From Clostridia bacterium (GTDB taxonomy: Bacteria; Bacillota; Clostridia; Oscillospirales; Acutalibacteraceae), in contig JAGCZP010000047.1 of NCBI GenBank assembly GCA_017959985.1, positions 1 to 39,909 of the forward strand: a DNA stretch of 39,909 nucleotides, written 5' to 3'. Both the position numbers and the translations under genes were made by a program. The first letter of the stretch is position 1. Each line of letters starts with the position of its first letter. Positions 37,048 through 39,909 of this stretch are shown in pieces. Below the pieces are notes generated by a model that searched no databases, was not told where the DNA came from, and saw nothing but the letters and a program-made list of their open reading frames with translations.

Positions 37048-37175
37048 TCTACTTCCCTCCTTCATAGAAATGATATCATCGGTACTCGGAAGTGACAAGC
37101 TTCCGTTGGCCAAGCAGAGACCCTATATATAATGGTATATATATAGCTGCTTTTAAGCCGCGTTTAGTGTCTTCC

Positions 37176-37589
37176 TTACTTCTTTTGGCGTTTTGCACCA
37201 TACTTGGAACGAGCTTGCTTACGGTTGGCAACGCCTTGGGTATCCAATGTACCACGAATAATGTGATAACGAACACCAGGCAAGTCACGAACACGTCCGC
37301 CACGTAGTAAGACTACGCTGTGTTCCTGCAGATTGTGTCCTTCACCAGGAATGTATGTGGTAACTTCGATACCGTTTGACAAACGCACACGAGCTACTTT
37401 ACGAAGAGCAGAGTTCGGTTTCTTTGGGGTCGTTGTCTTAACAGCAGTACACACACCGCGTTTTTGTGGAGCATTACGATCGGTTGCAATTTGTTTTTTG
37501 GAGTTCCATCCTTTTAACAATGCAGGAGCCTTCGCTTTCTTTTCCACATCGCTTCTTCCCGTACGGACCAACTGGTTAAATGTCGGCAA
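37176..37589 (-). CDS. rpsL: 30S ribosomal protein S12
   Basis: (M)[11 protein letters not shown]...[20 protein letters not shown]...[13 protein letters not shown]. The likely start is TTG 37589, 6 nt after RBS AAGGAGGTG. The GTG used by the track lies inside the RBS. Confidence 0.93.
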   Translation of the reverse strand: MPTFNQLVRTGRSDVEKKAKAPALLKGWNSKKQIATDRNAPQKRGVCTAVKTTTPKKPNSALRKVARVRLSNGIEVTTYIPGEGHNLQEHSVVLLRGGRVRDLPGVRYHIIRGTLDTQGVANRKQARSKYGAKRQKK

Positions 37590-37622
37590 ATCAAACACCT
37601 CCTTGATTAAAAATTATCTTCA

Positions 37623-37650
37623 GACTGTGCAGACTCCTGCCTGCACAGTC
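37623..37650 (-). terminator. 10-bp perfect GC-rich hairpin in the rpoC-rpsL spacer (attenuator, processing site or weak terminator)
   Basis: GACTGTGCAG (37623-37632) / CTGCACAGTC (37641-37650) with an 8-nt loop. No immediate U-run follows on the minus strand, so terminator function is uncertain. Confidence 0.35.
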
Positions 37651-37691
37651 CAAATATTAAGTTTATCATCGGTTTTCTCAATTGTCAAGGA

Positions 37692-39909
37692 TTATTCCTC
37701 AATAACAGGGGCTTCGTCGTCTTGATCATCGATCATGCTGCGAAGTGCATTTACATAAGCATTATCATCGGATGCATGGGTATTAATAACCTCCACTTCG
37801 TTGTATTCCCGAATACCGGTACCGGCAGGAATCAACTTACCAATAATAACGTTTTCTTTGAGGCCAACCAACGGATCCACCTTGCCCTTAATGGCGGCAT
37901 CGGTTAACACACGGGTGGTTTCTTGGAAGGAGGCAGCCGACAAGAAGCTGTCGGTGGCCAAGGCGGCCTTGGTAATGCCAAGAAGCACTGGCTCATAGGT
38001 CGCTTCCTTCAAGCCCTCTTCCCCGTTATCGATACGATTGCGAACCTCTCTGTTAGCATCGTCTAAATCCACACGATCCACCGTGGAGCCTTCAATCAAG
38101 GTAGTAGAACCCTTATCTAGGATATGGGCTTTACGCATCATTTGACGGACAATAACTTCAATGTGCTTATCGTTGATTTTAACGGCTTGTAAGCGGTAAG
38201 CAAGTTGGACTTCTTCTGTCAAGTAGTCTTGGACCGCTTTGGCGCCAAGGACTGCCATAATGTCATGAGGATTGATAGAACCTTCGGTCAAACGATCGCC
38301 TGGTTTTACCGTATCCCCTTCCATAACACGAATATGGGTTCCAAATGGAATGACATATTTCTTCTCAACAGGTGTACCATCTTTGTCTTTGCCGTTGACT
38401 AAGACCATCCGTTTTTTCTTCTCTTCTGCAAAGCGAACTTCGCCTTCGATTTCGGAAATAATGGCATGGTTCTTAGGATTGCGTGCTTCGAACAGTTCTT
38501 CAACACGTGGCAAACCTTGGGTAATATCTTCTCCAGATGCGATACCACCAGTATGGAAAGTACGCATGGTGAGCTGAGTACCAGGTTCACCGATGGATTG
38601 AGCCGCAATGGTTCCGACCGCTTCACCGACAGTAACCGGTTCCACGGTTGCTAAGTTAGCACCATAGCAGTGGGCGCAAACACCATGTCTGGCTTGGCAA
38701 GTCAAGATAGAACGCACTTTCATGGTTTCAACTTTATAGTCATCCACCAAACGTTTCGCATCGGATTCGGAAAGCATATGGTCACGAGAGAAGATCACTT
38801 CGCCAGTTTTGGGATCGGTAAAATCTTCCACGAGGAAACGACCAACAAGGCGTTCCACCAATGGTTCGATAACGGCATCACCATCTTTAATGGTGTACAC
38901 TTCAATACCTTCATGGGTTCCGCAATCGTCTTCGCGGATGATAACGTCTTGCGCAACGTCCACCAAACGACGAGTCAAGTAACCCGAGTCAGCGGTACGA
39001 AGAGCAGTATCAGCCAAACCTTTACGGGCACCACGAGAAGCGATGAAGTATTCAAAGATGTTTAGACCTTCACGATAGTTGGCACGAATCGGAACTTCGA
39101 TAGCGCGTCCGGATGTATCGGCAATCAAACCACGCATACCAGCGAGCTGACGAATCTGAGCTGCCGAACCACGAGCTCCGGAATCGGCCATCATAAAGAT
39201 AGGATTGTATTTATCCATGTTGTCATTCAAAGCCTTTCCAACCTTTTCGGTGGTGGCGTTCCAAATGTTAACAACATTCTTATAGCGTTCATCATCGCTC
39301 ATGAGACCTTGGTCATAAAGTTCGGTGACTTTATCGACTTCTTGCTCGGCTTCCGCAATCAAATCCTTCTTCTTTGGAGGAATGGTAGCGTCAACAACCG
39401 AGACGGTCAAGGAACCGATGGTCGAATAATGGTAGCCTTGGTTCTTAATGGCATCCAACACTTCGGAAGTATCGGCAGGACCATGAACCTTAATACATTT
39501 CTCAATAATTTGTGAGAGTTTCTTCTTATCAACTTTGCAGTTGATTTCGTACTCAAACTTATCTTCGTCACGATTGACAAAGCCTAAGTCTTGAGGTACT
39601 GGACGGTTGAAAATGATGCGACCAACGGTCGTATCAATGAGTTTGCTCTCTTCATTGCCATCGATGATAGCGGTCTTACGGACCTTACTCTTGGCATGCA
39701 AGCTAACCGCTTTGGCATCATAGGCCATCAACGCTTCATCTTCATCGCGGAAGACTTTGCCTTCGCCTAATTCCCCGTCACGATCATAAGTCAAATAGTA
39801 AGAACCGAGAACCATATCTTGGGTTGGCACCGCAACTGGTTTACCATCGGATGGTTTTAACAAGTTTCCAGCAGCCAACATTAAGAAGCGAGCTTCTGCT
39901 TGTGCTTCC
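37692..39909 (-). CDS. rpoC: DNA-directed RNA polymerase subunit beta' (C-terminal ~740 aa; 5' end beyond the window)
   Basis: The frame is open to the right window edge. Conserved segments include [45 protein letters not shown] and [11 protein letters not shown]. Confidence 0.95.
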   Translation of the reverse strand, partial: EAQAEARFLMLAAGNLLKPSDGKPVAVPTQDMVLGSYYLTYDRDGELGEGKVFRDEDEALMAYDAKAVSLHAKSKVRKTAIIDGNEESKLIDTTVGRIIFNRPVPQDLGFVNRDEDKFEYEINCKVDKKKLSQIIEKCIKVHGPADTSEVLDAIKNQGYHYSTIGSLTVSVVDATIPPKKKDLIAEAEQEVDKVTELYDQGLMSDDERYKNVVNIWNATTEKVGKALNDNMDKYNPIFMMADSGARGSAAQIRQLAGMRGLIADTSGRAIEVPIRANYREGLNIFEYFIASRGARKGLADTALRTADSGYLTRRLVDVAQDVIIREDDCGTHEGIEVYTIKDGDAVIEPLVERLVGRFLVEDFTDPKTGEVIFSRDHMLSESDAKRLVDDYKVETMKVRSILTCQARHGVCAHCYGANLATVEPVTVGEAVGTIAAQSIGEPGTQLTMRTFHTGGIASGEDITQGLPRVEELFEARNPKNHAIISEIEGEVRFAEEKKKRMVLVNGKDKDGTPVEKKYVIPFGTHIRVMEGDTVKPGDRLTEGSINPHDIMAVLGAKAVQDYLTEEVQLAYRLQAVKINDKHIEVIVRQMMRKAHILDKGSTTLIEGSTVDRVDLDDANREVRNRIDNGEEGLKEATYEPVLLGITKAALATDSFLSAASFQETTRVLTDAAIKGKVDPLVGLKENVIIGKLIPAGTGIREYNEVEVINTHASDDNAYVNALRSMIDDQDDEAPVIEE

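Noticed and set aside
1-39909. I searched by eye for mobile elements, defence systems, toxin-antitoxin pairs, tRNA/rRNA genes and riboswitch-like leaders.
   Set aside because: Apart from the giant repeat gene, every sizeable ORF is either assignable to a housekeeping, metabolic or envelope function or is a membrane or secreted protein of unknown function. Intergenic spacers are short (mostly under 150 nt) and are accounted for by promoters and terminators. No recombinase, nuclease-helicase or reverse-transcriptase signatures were seen.

Overview
This 39.9 kb window looks like a chromosomal segment of an anaerobic Bacillota (Clostridia-like) organism. All genes but one are on the minus strand and are tightly packed with clear Shine-Dalgarno sites.

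Gene order from right to left:
- 3' part of rpoC, then rpsL-rpsG-fusA-tuf. tuf carries one in-frame TAA.
- A DUF3048-type lipoprotein, ruvC-ruvA-ruvB and a SAM methyltransferase.
- ecfA1-ecfA2-ecfT-truA.
- A membrane-anchored unknown protein, a secreted dockerin-bearing protein, two CvpA-like membrane proteins and pgsA.
- A Clp/Hsp100 ATPase with a zinc-ribbon N-terminus.
- A small DUF896-like gene, the only plus-strand gene.
- mtnN, then a lipoprotein gene interrupted by two in-frame stops.
- An HMGL-like synthase plus a GntR regulator.
- A 10-gene hydC...hydB-hydA [FeFe]-hydrogenase operon. It contains a sensory (HydS-like) hydrogenase homolog and a DRTGG / HATPase kinase / PHP module.

The most striking element is at 1..6037 on the minus strand. 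It is one uninterrupted reading frame of at least 2012 codons. The supplied ORF track omits it because its stop lies beyond the window edge. It encodes a signal peptide, a cohesin-like module and 24 tandem ~76-aa Cys-rich repeats that I cannot assign to a named family.

I recognised no rRNA, tRNA, CRISPR array, transposase, integrase or phage genes. All calls come from manual translation and motif recognition; no searches were run.
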